Positions 18,086 to 28,420 are shown, numbered from the stretch's first letter. The stretch: 64,000 bases of DNA from an uncultured Pseudobdellovibrionaceae bacterium (GCA_964463705.1 CAYXCH010000021.1:1162-65161), one strand, 5' to 3'. Notes: a model not told the origin generated them from the sequence alone. Numbers and translations are program-made.

Positions 18086-19530
18086 ACATCACGCATCACG
18101 CGCTCTACTACGTCGGCAACAGCCAACATACCTTCTTCATCAAACCATTTTCCAACGATTTGCGCTCCAATCGGAAGTGTTGCGCCATCCTCTTCCGTTA
18201 CGGTACCGACGGGAACGGAGATGGCGGGAACACCGGCAAGATTGATGCTTACGGTAAAAATATCCGAAAGGTACATGGTCAACGGATCATCCGTTTTGCT
18301 TCCGATACGGAATGCCGTTTCCGGTGTTGTCGGCATCAGAATACACTGTACGTGTTCAAATGCCGATACAAAGTCTTGGTGAATCAGTCGCCGCACTTTT
18401 TGCGCTTTTGCGTAATATTGATCGTAGTATCCGGCGGAGAGTGCATAGGTTCCCAGCATAATGCGGCGCTTTACTTCTCGTCCCAAAAATTCCGCTCGTG
18501 TCGCTCCGTATTGTGCATGAATATCTCCCGATGCTGAAGCGCTCCGTCCATACCGAATACCGTCAAATCGTGCCATATTGGAGCTGACTTCCGACGGCAT
18601 AATAATATAATACGCGCTCAGTGCATGAGTTAAGTGTGGTAATGATATGGGAACAATGGTAGCTCCGTTTTTTGCAAGCGTATCGGCAACATGTTCAATT
18701 CGCTGAGCAATCCGCTTATCCATCATTGCATAGGTTTCCGGCGGCAACACGCCGATCGTCACTCCGCTAACGTCTCCCGTCAAATATTGCTCGTAACGTT
18801 TTCCGGAGCTTTGCGCACTGGTAGCATCATGCGAATCATGTCCGGCGATTCGCGAGAGTACAATTGCCGCATCCTCTACCGTTTGTGTTATCGGTCCGAT
18901 TTGATCCAAACTGGATGCCATCGCAATCAATCCGTACCGTGAAACTCGTCCGTACGTCGGTTTTAGTCCCACACATCCGCAAAATGCCGCCGGCTGACGA
19001 ATAGATCCTCCCGTATCAGATCCAAGCGCCCACGGCACCAACCCCGCTCCCACTGCGGCGGCGGATCCGCCCGACGATCCTCCGGGAACGCGATCCGATG
19101 CATGAGGGTTCCGAGTAATCCCGTACGCGCTGTTCTCCGTAGACGCTCCCATGGCAAACTCATCCATGTTTGTCTTCCCCAAGGGAATTGCCGCCAGCGC
19201 ATTTAATCGCTCAATAACCGTCGCATTATACGGTGCAATATAATTTTCCAGTATCTTGCTCGCTGCGGTTGTCGGTGTATCTTTTATGCAGATGGCATCT
19301 TTGACGCCATATGGAATTCCGGCAAGGATATCAATTTCGCGACCGGCGGCAAGGTCTTCATCAACCTGACGTGCCGCCGCCAATGCACGCTCTTCCATTA
19401 CATGCAAAAACGCACCCAGCGGTAAATCCCCGCTCTGATCACGACGAGCAATATCTTCTATTGAGGCACGCACCAACTCCTCTGCGCGCTTTGCGCCGGT
19501 GCGCAGTTGTTCATGCAGCGTTCGTATCAT
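18082..19530 (-). CDS. gatA: Glutamyl/aspartyl-tRNA amidotransferase subunit A
   Basis: Amidase signature GGSSGGSAAAVGAG. GatC gene immediately upstream with a 4-nt overlap. Confidence 0.9.
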   Translation of the reverse strand: MIRTLHEQLRTGAKRAEELVRASIEDIARRDQSGDLPLGAFLHVMEERALAAARQVDEDLAAGREIDILAGIPYGVKDAICIKDTPTTAASKILENYIAPYNATVIERLNALAAIPLGKTNMDEFAMGASTENSAYGITRNPHASDRVPGGSSGGSAAAVGAGLVPWALGSDTGGSIRQPAAFCGCVGLKPTYGRVSRYGLIAMASSLDQIGPITQTVEDAAIVLSRIAGHDSHDATSAQSSGKRYEQYLTGDVSGVTIGVLPPETYAMMDKRIAQRIEHVADTLAKNGATIVPISLPHLTHALSAYYIIMPSEVSSNMARFDGIRYGRSASASGDIHAQYGATRAEFLGREVKRRIMLGTYALSAGYYDQYYAKAQKVRRLIHQDFVSAFEHVQCILMPTTPETAFRIGSKTDDPLTMYLSDIFTVSINLAGVPAISVPVGTVTEEDGATLPIGAQIVGKWFDEEGMLAVADVVERVMRDV

Positions 19531-19832
19531 TCCGTTTTTAATACATGAGTTACCACGATGGCGCCATCCTGTGTTCGCGGAACGTTTTCCATTATGCGAC
19601 GCTTTGTATCCTCGTCACACGGCACCGCTACATCATCTCGCAATACATTCGTCCTGCCGGTAATATGCCCAATCGGCTCTATACCATCGGTATCCACCGA
19701 ATCTAATTCGGAAAATGACGTCAGAACGGCGGATAACTCCTTTCGATATTGCTCCACCTCGTTATCGGTCACATCAATATGGGCTAATCGCGCGATATTC
19801 CGCACATCAGCATCAGTCAATGTCTGTGTCAT
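19527..19832 (-). CDS. gatC: Glutamyl/aspartyl-tRNA amidotransferase subunit C
   Basis: About 100 aa. LTDADVRNIARLAHIDVTDNEVEQYRKELSAVL typical of GatC. Confidence 0.8.
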   Translation of the reverse strand: MTQTLTDADVRNIARLAHIDVTDNEVEQYRKELSAVLTSFSELDSVDTDGIEPIGHITGRTNVLRDDVAVPCDEDTKRRIMENVPRTQDGAIVVTHVLKTE

Positions 19833-19875
19833 AGGGATTGCATTGCGTTCATTCTAACATAAAATATGAGATGCG

Positions 19876-20331
19876 TCATTTTGCATGTACCTCATTAACA
19901 ACATCTGCAAAAATCTCTCGCATCTCTCGTAAAAGATCTCCATAGTTAGAAAGAATCTCTTGTCGTTGTGCAGTGAGCGCATGACGCTCCTCCGCTGTTT
20001 GACAATACTCATCACACACAGCATCCCATTTCGAATCATCAAGAATACAGTCCAGTGAAGCAATATCCATGGAAAGATATGGCGCTGAATTCTTCAAATC
20101 ATTCCAAGAACCCAGGAACATACGCATTTCCACAAACACATCTTTGAGTGGAGAGCTTTTGCCGGTAAATCCTTCTCCTCCGAGCGGATTATCATTTGTT
20201 TCGTAGTGCGTAATACAATTTGAAATAAATGATGTTCCTCCCAATGTGTTAATTTTATCCGCTACCGCCTTCATACGATAATAAAGCGAATCTTCATGAT
20301 CCGGTAATGCGGGTAATTCCATTGTACTCAT
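19876..20331 (-). CDS. Hypothetical protein
   Basis: 151-aa ORF with no recognised motifs. Confidence 0.35.
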   Translation of the reverse strand: MSTMELPALPDHEDSLYYRMKAVADKINTLGGTSFISNCITHYETNDNPLGGEGFTGKSSPLKDVFVEMRMFLGSWNDLKNSAPYLSMDIASLDCILDDSKWDAVCDEYCQTAEERHALTAQRQEILSNYGDLLREMREIFADVVNEVHAK

Positions 20332-20386
20332 ACACTATATTAGTGATAATATTATATATGGTAATTATATCGTCTCCCCTTATTCT

Positions 20387-21139
20387 ATGCAATGTTCTTG
20401 TACTGCTGTCGCCACCTATGCAACATGTGAATTAAAATATCGCTTACTATATGTGGATAGAGTTCGTCGTTCGCCAACAATCTATCACATACTTGGCACA
20501 CACATTCATAGTGTATTGCGCTTTATTCATAGCCAACCGTTATTGACACCGTCGGAAGAGGAGGCGATAAAATTTTTTCTGCAACTATCGGACTCCGGTT
20601 TTTATGGAAATACAGCAGAGAAACGTTCCGCCATCATGCAAGGAATTGAAATGATCCGTCGCTATTATGCCGATACCGATGTTGCCGGTGTTCGCGTCAT
20701 TGCCACCGAGTTGCCGGTTCGGTTTTCCGCCGGATCTGCCGCCGCCCATTGTATCACCGGGCGTATTGACCGTATTGATGCTACAAAAGACGGATATGAA
20801 GTCATTGACTACAAAACATCTCGTCACATGATGTCGCCACAAGAACAAAAACGTGATCTGCAACTGACCTTATATGCTCGGGCGGTAATGGAGCGGTATG
20901 CTGATCGAATGCATGCGACAGACTCCGTTAGTGTTTCTCTGTACTATGTACGCACCGGTACGATTATTCGTTCTCAGCGGACACGCTCCGATATCAAAAG
21001 AATTGATACGATTGTTGATCAAATGGCGCAATCTATACAACAATCGGTGTACCATCCTCGTCCGGGGTCAATATGCGCTCACTGTGAGGTGCGACAATAC
21101 TGCCCTGAATATCGTACGCACCGGAAGCATAATTATTGA
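20387..21139 (+). CDS. Stand-alone Cas4-like / RecB-family PD-(D/E)XK nuclease with Fe-S cysteines
   Basis: GRIDRID (motif II), EVIDYKTS (E-x-D-Y-K motif III) and QLTLYA (QxxxY). N-terminal cysteines (QCSC...C) and C-terminal CAHCEVRQYCPEY (Cx2Cx5C), as in Cas4/AddB 4Fe-4S nucleases. Confidence 0.6.
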   Translation: MQCSCTAVATYATCELKYRLLYVDRVRRSPTIYHILGTHIHSVLRFIHSQPLLTPSEEEAIKFFLQLSDSGFYGNTAEKRSAIMQGIEMIRRYYADTDVAGVRVIATELPVRFSAGSAAAHCITGRIDRIDATKDGYEVIDYKTSRHMMSPQEQKRDLQLTLYARAVMERYADRMHATDSVSVSLYYVRTGTIIRSQRTRSDIKRIDTIVDQMAQSIQQSVYHPRPGSICAHCEVRQYCPEYRTHRKHNY

Positions 21140-22089
21140 CCATGATGAGGAGTGGATGATTGCGTTAACTGTGATACAACGGCACGTTCTTGCGTCCAGT
21201 ATGGAATTACTCCCAGCGCAGACACAAGCGCTTGCACCACACGCCCCAACACCACCGCTGCAACCGCATGCTCGGCATGAACACCGAGTGACCCCATAAA
21301 TACAATATATACCCACTCTTTTACACCGATATTTCCAATACTAATCGGTAGTGAAGATACCACCGCTCCGATAAGTGAAAAAAATAGAAACGGGAGTATT
21401 GGTGGTGATTCTTGCAATGCGACAAACAATAAGTAATTTGCCATCCCCACCCCAAACATACCAAAGATCATTCCGACACCAACGGCACGATATATAACAG
21501 ATGTATGCATTGTATCCGCATGGGAGAGAAAAATTTTATAGCGCTTGCGCGGAATAATCCGAACAATTGCCGCCAAAAGCTCATGACGAAACCGCACTAC
21601 AATAGCGGCAGTCGCCGCACCCAGTACCGTAACAGTTGTTAATATAACATCTCGATGTGTTTGTATTGTCCACAGTATCCCGGTAAGTGCGGCAAGAAGG
21701 AGTATTCCATAGAGTCCCGTTGCACGATCCGCCACCACGGTCAATGCCGCGATAAGTCGCCGTTTTGCGCCGCCCAGCCGATATGCCCGATACACATCTC
21801 CCCCGATAAACGACGGAAGAAAGTTATTGATAAATGATGCAGTTAAATAGTATCCGTACAATGTCTTCAATGACACGGGAAACCGGTATGGTGTTGCAAC
21901 GATGCTCCATCGCCATACACTGACAAGGTTTCCCGCAAGTAGAACCAGTGCATAAACAATCACTATACGAATATTTACATCCGTCAATAATACAAATACT
22001 TCACGCCAAGAGATGCTCATTACCAATGCGATAATAAGCCCCATCATGACGATAAATTTGATACCGGTACTCAGTGTCGGATATTTCAC
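21133..22089 (-). CDS. Flippase-like / lysyl-phosphatidylglycerol-synthase TM-domain family membrane protein
   Basis: Polytopic. FINNFLPSFIGGDVYRAYRL motif typical of the LPG_synthase_TM (UPF0104) family. Confidence 0.55.
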   Translation of the reverse strand: MKYPTLSTGIKFIVMMGLIIALVMSISWREVFVLLTDVNIRIVIVYALVLLAGNLVSVWRWSIVATPYRFPVSLKTLYGYYLTASFINNFLPSFIGGDVYRAYRLGGAKRRLIAALTVVADRATGLYGILLLAALTGILWTIQTHRDVILTTVTVLGAATAAIVVRFRHELLAAIVRIIPRKRYKIFLSHADTMHTSVIYRAVGVGMIFGMFGVGMANYLLFVALQESPPILPFLFFSLIGAVVSSLPISIGNIGVKEWVYIVFMGSLGVHAEHAVAAVVLGRVVQALVSALGVIPYWTQERAVVSQLTQSSTPHHGQ

Positions 22090-23351
22090 ACGCGATGATT
22101 TATTACATCGTAGTAAAGTTTTTCATATGCATCCGCTACCGTCTTCCAAGAGTATTCTTCCGCTCGGGCACGTGCCGCCGCTCCCATGCGTTCCCGCCGC
22201 TCTTCATCTTCAAGTAATATCGCCAATGCATCACGAATCGCCGAAGCATCAGCACGATCAACAATAAATCCCTGCTCCCCATTGGTAACAACCTCACTCC
22301 CTCCGGTACGTGTAATGATCACCGGTACTCCGCACGCAAGCGCTTCCAACATATTGTTACTCATGCCTTCATTTAAAGACGGAAAGACAAATACGTCTGC
22401 CTGCTGATAAGCATCAATTAACGCATCCTGATTTAAGTGTCCCGTAAAGGTAATCCGATCGTGACAGGATAATCCCGCTGCCTGTAAGCGAAGTTCATCG
22501 GCGGCATCTCCATCCCCACCGGCAATAATCATTCGCATCGGACGATCCGGAAAATCATCACTCAGTCGAGCAAACGCATCCAGCGCATACCGAATTCCTT
22601 TGCGTCGCATTAATCGCGCCGCCGCCAGCACCGTAAATGGTGCATCGGGATCACGTGGTGTGGTGCGGGGCACAAACCGTGTGGTATCCACCCCATTGGG
22701 AATTAAATGAATACGCTGATCCGGAGCGGTGGCAAGTGCCAATGTTCGCAACTGTTCACTATTTGCCACAACCGCTGCCGCCGACTTCCACACTTGCCGA
22801 ATTATCCCGCGCAACAACGGGTATATACGATTATAACGGTCACTAAACCCCGGAACATCTGAGCCGCGAAGTGACACAATATACGGTAATGATCCGGCAA
22901 TCATCCGTGCCATCCACCCGCACGGTACGCCAAAAAATGCATGAATAATATCATAGCGATGCTTCTGTTGCAGTTGTCGCGCCGTCCGCAATCCATGATA
23001 AGTGTATAAGAGTAAATCTCTCATACTCTGATGTGTCAATCGTTCGGGAGACTTATTAATGGATATATAGTGGATGCGGACGGACGGAGATACTTCCTCC
23101 ACTCGCTCCCGATTGTCTGCCGCCGTTGTTACCAGATCTACTTCCAAATTGTTCCGCTTTGCATACTCAGACAAAAGGTACCGCGTCGCGTTGGCCGCTC
23201 CTCCGCCCAACGGCGGATATTCATAGTTAAGAAACAGTATGCGCATAGGATTATTTTTCCGTGGATAATGGCAATATTCGCTTGCGTCCGACACTCTCAT
23301 ACGTAAATCCATAGGAGCGCATTTCCTCCGGATCATAGAGGTTGCGGGCAT
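22086..23351 (-). CDS. Glycosyltransferase family 4 (GT-B)
   Basis: C-terminal EGMSNNMLEALACGVPVIITRTGG motif. Likely real start MRILFLNYEYPPLGGG (about 23246). Confidence 0.8.
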   Translation of the reverse strand: MPATSMIRRKCAPMDLRMRVSDASEYCHYPRKNNPMRILFLNYEYPPLGGGAANATRYLLSEYAKRNNLEVDLVTTAADNRERVEEVSPSVRIHYISINKSPERLTHQSMRDLLLYTYHGLRTARQLQQKHRYDIIHAFFGVPCGWMARMIAGSLPYIVSLRGSDVPGFSDRYNRIYPLLRGIIRQVWKSAAAVVANSEQLRTLALATAPDQRIHLIPNGVDTTRFVPRTTPRDPDAPFTVLAAARLMRRKGIRYALDAFARLSDDFPDRPMRMIIAGGDGDAADELRLQAAGLSCHDRITFTGHLNQDALIDAYQQADVFVFPSLNEGMSNNMLEALACGVPVIITRTGGSEVVTNGEQGFIVDRADASAIRDALAILLEDEERRERMGAAARARAEEYSWKTVADAYEKLYYDVINHRV

Positions 23352-24609
23352 CTACAATTTTCAGACTATTCATTAAGGAAGCGACACGATCCATATCCGG
23401 CGCGCGAAATTGCGCCCATTCCGTCATTACCACCAACACATCAGCACCATCTACCGCGGCATACAAATCATCTACATAGTGAAGGTTCTCATGGGTGCCG
23501 ACCGAGGTGTGCGCGGCAAAAGTCTTCTGTGCCTCCGGGTCATATGCGCGAACGGTTGCCCCGTCACGCAGAAGCGCATCAATAACGGAAATTGCGGGCG
23601 ACTCTCGCACATCATCCGTATTGGCTTTAAATGCCAATCCCCATATCGCTACGGTACAATTGGAGCAGTCCATTCCGCACAACGCCCGTACTTTCTCCAC
23701 GATATATGCGCGTTGCAGGATATTGACTTCTTCCACCGCATCCAAAATCAATGCCGTTTCTCCATGCTCCTTTGCAAAATGTGCCAACGCCTTCACGTCT
23801 TTGGGAAAGCAAGATCCACCATATCCGGGACCGGCATAGAGAAATGCTCGTCCGATACGATTATCTGCCGCAATTCCATTCCGAATCTCCTCAATATCCG
23901 CGCCGACACGTTCCGCCAAACGAGAGAGTTCATTCATAAATGAAATACGGGTAGCCAACATTGCATTGGCGGCATATTTAATCATCTCCGCACTCACACG
24001 ATCGGTAAAAATCACTTTATATCCACTGCGCATAAACGGTGCATAAAGTTTTTCCATCAATTCTTTCGCTCGCGTATCATTCGCACCAATCACAATACGA
24101 TCCGGTTTAAGAAAATCCTGTACAGCATTTCCCTCTTTAAGAAATTCCGGATTGGAAACAACGGAAAATGGCACTTCTACACCTCGCTCTGCAAATATAC
24201 GACGCATCTCTTCTTCCACCCGCCGTCCTGTCAATGGCGGCACGGTGGATTTTGTTATCAGAACCCGATAGTCATTCGCATGTTTCGCCACCGTTCGCGC
24301 CACATCCAATACATAACGCAAATCCGCACTACCGTCTTCATCCGGTGGTGTTCCCACCGCACTCATAATAATGGTGTGTTCCTTTACCGCCGTTTCCGCA
24401 TCGGTTGTAAAACGCAATCGCCCCGATTCTACCGCCTCATGAATAATCTCTTCCAGTCCCGGCTCATAGATGGGACACTCTCCGGCATTTAGACGAGCAA
24501 TTTTATCCTCATCAACATCAACACACGTAACATTGTTTCCAACACGTGCCAAACATGCACCGGACACCAGTCCGACATACCCGCTTCCAAAAATCGCAAT
24601 AGTTTGCAT
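23251..24609 (-). CDS. ugd: UDP-glucose 6-dehydrogenase (nucleotide-sugar dehydrogenase)
   Basis: N-terminal IAIFGSGYVGLVSGACLA Rossmann motif. Catalytic GGSCFPKD. Confidence 0.85.
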   Translation of the reverse strand: MQTIAIFGSGYVGLVSGACLARVGNNVTCVDVDEDKIARLNAGECPIYEPGLEEIIHEAVESGRLRFTTDAETAVKEHTIIMSAVGTPPDEDGSADLRYVLDVARTVAKHANDYRVLITKSTVPPLTGRRVEEEMRRIFAERGVEVPFSVVSNPEFLKEGNAVQDFLKPDRIVIGANDTRAKELMEKLYAPFMRSGYKVIFTDRVSAEMIKYAANAMLATRISFMNELSRLAERVGADIEEIRNGIAADNRIGRAFLYAGPGYGGSCFPKDVKALAHFAKEHGETALILDAVEEVNILQRAYIVEKVRALCGMDCSNCTVAIWGLAFKANTDDVRESPAISVIDALLRDGATVRAYDPEAQKTFAAHTSVGTHENLHYVDDLYAAVDGADVLVVMTEWAQFRAPDMDRVASLMNSLKIVDARNLYDPEEMRSYGFTYESVGRKRILPLSTEK

Positions 24610-24614
24610 AAGTT

Positions 24615-25577
24615 TTAACGATTGTGTGTTACACGTTTAATAACGTAATTCATTCGGTTCGCCGTACGATAGTAATTACGCATGGCAACATCCATTAACA
24701 AACCGAAGGTAAACAATTGGATACCGGTCAAGATGCCAAACACTCCCAACAGCGGCCAAATACGTTCGGAGATGGACGCACCAAAAACAATTTTTTCCAC
24801 AAGCATCCATACCAATATTGCCATACCAACGGCAATGCTTATCAATCCCACTCCACCAAAAAAATGAAGGGGACGCGAGCGAAACCGCTGCCAGAACCCC
24901 ATTGCCACCATATCGGCAAATCCTTTAATGGATCGCCGCCAGTTGTATTTGGTTGTACCGGCGGTCCGCGGCCGATGCGTTACCTTTACCTCACCGATTC
25001 GCCATCCGTCCAGCTCCAACAACGCCGGAATAAATCGGTGCATCTCTCCAAATAAATCCACACCGTCAAAACACTCACGTTTATAGACGCGCAACTGACA
25101 TCCCGAATCATGAATCGTATCATGCAATAATGCCTTTCGCAGTTTATCCGCAACACGAGACACAAGACGCTTGGCGACACTGTCTTTGCGATTATATCGC
25201 CAACTTGCTACTACATCATACCCCTCCGTATGCATTTTCTCTAACAGTTTGGGAATTTCCGCAGGATCATCTTGTAAATCCCCATCCATTGTGCAAAGAA
25301 TGCTACCGCGCGCCGCCTTGATGCCGGCATCCAATCCGGCTGTTTGTCCAAAACGCCGACGAAACTCAATAACCGTTACCGGTGAGAGTGATCGTGCAAT
25401 TTCCGCCGTCCGATCCGTAGATCCGTCATCCACAAAAATAATTTCATAGGGTTCACCCAACCGTGTCGCCGTCTCCACAATTTGTCGATGTAATTCTTGT
25501 ACATTTCCCTCCTCATTTAATAACGGTGCAATAAATGAATATGTTATCTGCTCCGATGATGACTTGGTATTGTCCAT
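24615..25577 (-). CDS. Glycosyltransferase family 2, polyprenyl-phosphate sugar transferase type (GtrB/ArnC-like)
   Basis: IIFVDDGSTDRT and CTMDGDLQDDP motifs. C-terminal TM helices. Confidence 0.8.
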   Translation of the reverse strand: MDNTKSSSEQITYSFIAPLLNEEGNVQELHRQIVETATRLGEPYEIIFVDDGSTDRTAEIARSLSPVTVIEFRRRFGQTAGLDAGIKAARGSILCTMDGDLQDDPAEIPKLLEKMHTEGYDVVASWRYNRKDSVAKRLVSRVADKLRKALLHDTIHDSGCQLRVYKRECFDGVDLFGEMHRFIPALLELDGWRIGEVKVTHRPRTAGTTKYNWRRSIKGFADMVAMGFWQRFRSRPLHFFGGVGLISIAVGMAILVWMLVEKIVFGASISERIWPLLGVFGILTGIQLFTFGLLMDVAMRNYYRTANRMNYVIKRVTHNR

Positions 25578-25664
25578 ACAATTGCGTTAACATCTGATGC
25601 TGATAGTATACCACACCGCCGCACGATAAACATCGTACGGCGGTGTTTTAGTTGCCGATTTCAC

Positions 25665-28274
25665 TTACGAGATTACCAGTGTGTCATCATCACACCGAAC
25701 ATGGAATGTGCCGGCGCCATTTTTGATAACGGAAAGTGCTAGCGGATCCAAAATTTCCTTCTGAATGACACGCTTCAACGGACGAGCTCCATAGAGTGGA
25801 TCATATCCCTTCTTTGCCAAGCAATCACGGGCATCATCATCCACCGTGATGGTAATATCTCGGCGCGCCAATCGCTCTTGTACCCGTGCCAACTGAATAT
25901 CCACAATCGTGCGCAACATCTCTTCGGTGACTGGGTGGAAGATAATAATATCATCCACTCGGTTGAGAAATTCCGGCTTGAACGTAGATCGTAACTCCTC
26001 CATCACGGAAGCGCGCATTGTTTCCTCAGACGTGTCTTTCGCCTCTCGCAACTTCGCAATGTGTTGTGAACCGATGTTTGACGTCATGATGATGATAGTG
26101 TTGCTGAAATCCACCGTTCGTCCTTTGGAATCAGTCAATCGTCCGTCGTCCAAAATCTGCAAGAAGATATTAAAGACATCCGGGTGCGCTTTTTCAATCT
26201 CGTCAAAAAGCAACACACTGTACGGACGGCGACGCACCGCCTCTGTCAATTGACCGCCATCATCATGTCCAACATATCCCGGGGGCGCACCAATCAATTT
26301 CGCTACGGTATGCTGCTCCATATACTCACTCATGTCAATGCGTACCAGGGCCTTTTCCGTGTCAAACAGTTCTGCGGCAAGCGCTTTTGCCAATTCGGTT
26401 TTTCCCACACCGGTGGGTCCCAGGAAGATAAACGACGCAATTGGTCGCCCCTCTTCACTCAATCCGGCGCGAGACCGTCGAATCGCGTTAGAGACGGCGG
26501 AAATTGCTTCGGATTGTCCCACTACCCGCTGTTGTAATGAGGTCTCCAAGTGTGCCAACCGCTCTTGTTCCGATGCAAGCATCTTTGATACGGGAACACC
26601 GGTCCATTGCGCAATAATCCGAGCGATATCCTCCTCGGTAACTTCTTCTTTCAGAATCGGTGAATCCTTTTGCAACTGCGCCAGTGCCTCCTGTGCGGCG
26701 GCAATTTCCTTTTCCAATGCGGGAATCTTGCTATACCGAATTTCCGCCACTTTTTCCAAATCGCCATCTCGCTCCAATGCTTCCGCTTGTGATCGCAGTT
26801 TCTCCAATTCCGCCTTCTTCTCTCGCACTGAAAGAATTGCATCTTTTTCCGCCTTCCACCGTACCTTCAATGCGGTAATCTTTTCGTTGAGATCCGCAAT
26901 TTCCTTCTCAATCGCTTCCAATGTCTCCTTACTCTTCTTCTTCGTGGCATTCGTTGCACTACCGTCTCCGCCAAAGTCTTTACTTACGGCAGTCTTTTCA
27001 ATTTCCAACTGTCGCTTCCGACGCTCCAATGCGTCCAACTCCGCCGGCATAGAATCAATCGCCATTCGCAATTGACTTGCCGCCTCATCCAATAGATCAA
27101 TCGCTTTATCCGGTAGAAATCGATCGGTAATGTATCGCTGTGACAGTGTTACCGCCGCAACAATTGCGTCATCGGTAATACGGACACCATGATGTAACGC
27201 ATATTTCTCTTTGATACCGCGCAAAATCGCAATTGCATCCTCCGGTGACGGCTCACCGACATATACCGGCTGAAACCGACGCTCCAATGCGGCATCTTTT
27301 TCCACATACTTACGATACTCTTTCAATGTTGTGGCGCCAATCGTGCGCACCTTTCCGCGCGCCAATGCCGGCTTGAGAATATTTGCGGCATCCATCGCTC
27401 CTTCTCCACCGGCACCGGCACCAATCAACATATGCATTTCGTCAATAAACAACACATACCGATCCGGTTGCGCGTCCAATGCCTTTAACACTCCTTTAAG
27501 GCGCTCTTCAAACTCTCCCCGGTACTTTGCGCCGGCGATCAGTGCTCCCATATCCAAGCTCAAAATCTCTTTATTTTTGAGTGTCTCCGGAACATCACCA
27601 CTGACAATGCGTTGCGCAAGACCCTCCACAATCGCCGTTTTTCCCGTTCCCGGCTCTCCAATCAGTACGGGATTGTTTTTTGTTCGACGCGAAAGAATTT
27701 GCATGACCCGACGAATCTCCTCATCCCGTCCAATAATCGGATCAATTGCATCATCTCGCACCATCTGCGTAAGATTTTGCGTGTATCGTTTAAGCGCATC
27801 GTCACTTCCGCCGCTGTCCGGTGTATCTACCGTACCGCTTCGTACGGAAGAAATCGCACTACGCAACGCCGCAGGATTGACACCGGCATCCGTTAAAATC
27901 TCTCGCGCTGTTGATGGCGCCTCAAACAATGCAAAGAGTAAATGCTCCGTGGCAACATAGCGATCATTTAGCGCACGCATTTCCTTTTGCGCCGCCTCCA
28001 AAATCTGCGCCAACTCCCGACTAAACACCATTTGTGACGCATCGGTAATGGATGTACTCGGCCGCTTCGCCAATGCCGCCTCTGCCGCCTCATAAATACG
28101 CTTCGGATCAACATTCTGTGTTTTCAGCAATGCCGTTACCGTCGCATCGCTCTGCTCCATCAAAGCAAATAACATGTGCAGTCCCTCTACGCTCTGATGA
28201 CCGCGAGACAATGCCGCTTCCTGTGCGCGCTGCAACACTCGTTGCGCCGCTGTTGTAAATTTTTCCAAGTCCAT
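25665..28274 (-). CDS. clpB: ATP-dependent chaperone ClpB (Hsp104 family disaggregase)
   Basis: N-domain, two AAA+ modules (GEPGTGKTAIVEGLA; FLGPTGVGKTELAKALA), middle coiled-coil. 869 aa. Confidence 0.95.
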   Translation of the reverse strand: MDLEKFTTAAQRVLQRAQEAALSRGHQSVEGLHMLFALMEQSDATVTALLKTQNVDPKRIYEAAEAALAKRPSTSITDASQMVFSRELAQILEAAQKEMRALNDRYVATEHLLFALFEAPSTAREILTDAGVNPAALRSAISSVRSGTVDTPDSGGSDDALKRYTQNLTQMVRDDAIDPIIGRDEEIRRVMQILSRRTKNNPVLIGEPGTGKTAIVEGLAQRIVSGDVPETLKNKEILSLDMGALIAGAKYRGEFEERLKGVLKALDAQPDRYVLFIDEMHMLIGAGAGGEGAMDAANILKPALARGKVRTIGATTLKEYRKYVEKDAALERRFQPVYVGEPSPEDAIAILRGIKEKYALHHGVRITDDAIVAAVTLSQRYITDRFLPDKAIDLLDEAASQLRMAIDSMPAELDALERRKRQLEIEKTAVSKDFGGDGSATNATKKKSKETLEAIEKEIADLNEKITALKVRWKAEKDAILSVREKKAELEKLRSQAEALERDGDLEKVAEIRYSKIPALEKEIAAAQEALAQLQKDSPILKEEVTEEDIARIIAQWTGVPVSKMLASEQERLAHLETSLQQRVVGQSEAISAVSNAIRRSRAGLSEEGRPIASFIFLGPTGVGKTELAKALAAELFDTEKALVRIDMSEYMEQHTVAKLIGAPPGYVGHDDGGQLTEAVRRRPYSVLLFDEIEKAHPDVFNIFLQILDDGRLTDSKGRTVDFSNTIIIMTSNIGSQHIAKLREAKDTSEETMRASVMEELRSTFKPEFLNRVDDIIIFHPVTEEMLRTIVDIQLARVQERLARRDITITVDDDARDCLAKKGYDPLYGARPLKRVIQKEILDPLALSVIKNGAGTFHVRCDDDTLVIS

Positions 28275-28380
28275 AGGTTTTCTTTTATTCTCTTATTGAC
28301 ATTTACTTATCGGACAATCATCCACTCAACTCCTATTATTCCATCAACCCTTCATCCGTTATGAATTGTATCATAACAAA

Positions 28381-28407
28381 TTAGCACTCGTCAAGTGAGA
28401 GTGCTAA
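28381..28407. promoter_or_regulatory. CIRCE operator (HrcA binding site) TTAGCACTC-N9-GAGTGCTAA, overlapping predicted clpB promoter (-35 TTGACG, 18-nt spacer, -10 TACAAT on minus strand)
   Basis: Exact match to the CIRCE consensus with a 9-nt spacer. The site lies 107-133 nt upstream of the clpB ATG. The promoter hexamers were read from the reverse complement. Confidence 0.8.
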
Positions 28408-28420
28408 TTTATGATTGCTC

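Noticed and set aside
7489-19541. Many plus-strand ORFs of 60-170 aa across the minus-strand housekeeping block (e.g. 9796-10299, 10265-10582, 14929-15411, 15755-16108)
   Set aside because: They are antisense to long, motif-rich genes and have biased Ala/Arg-rich composition, typical of shadow frames in GC-rich DNA.
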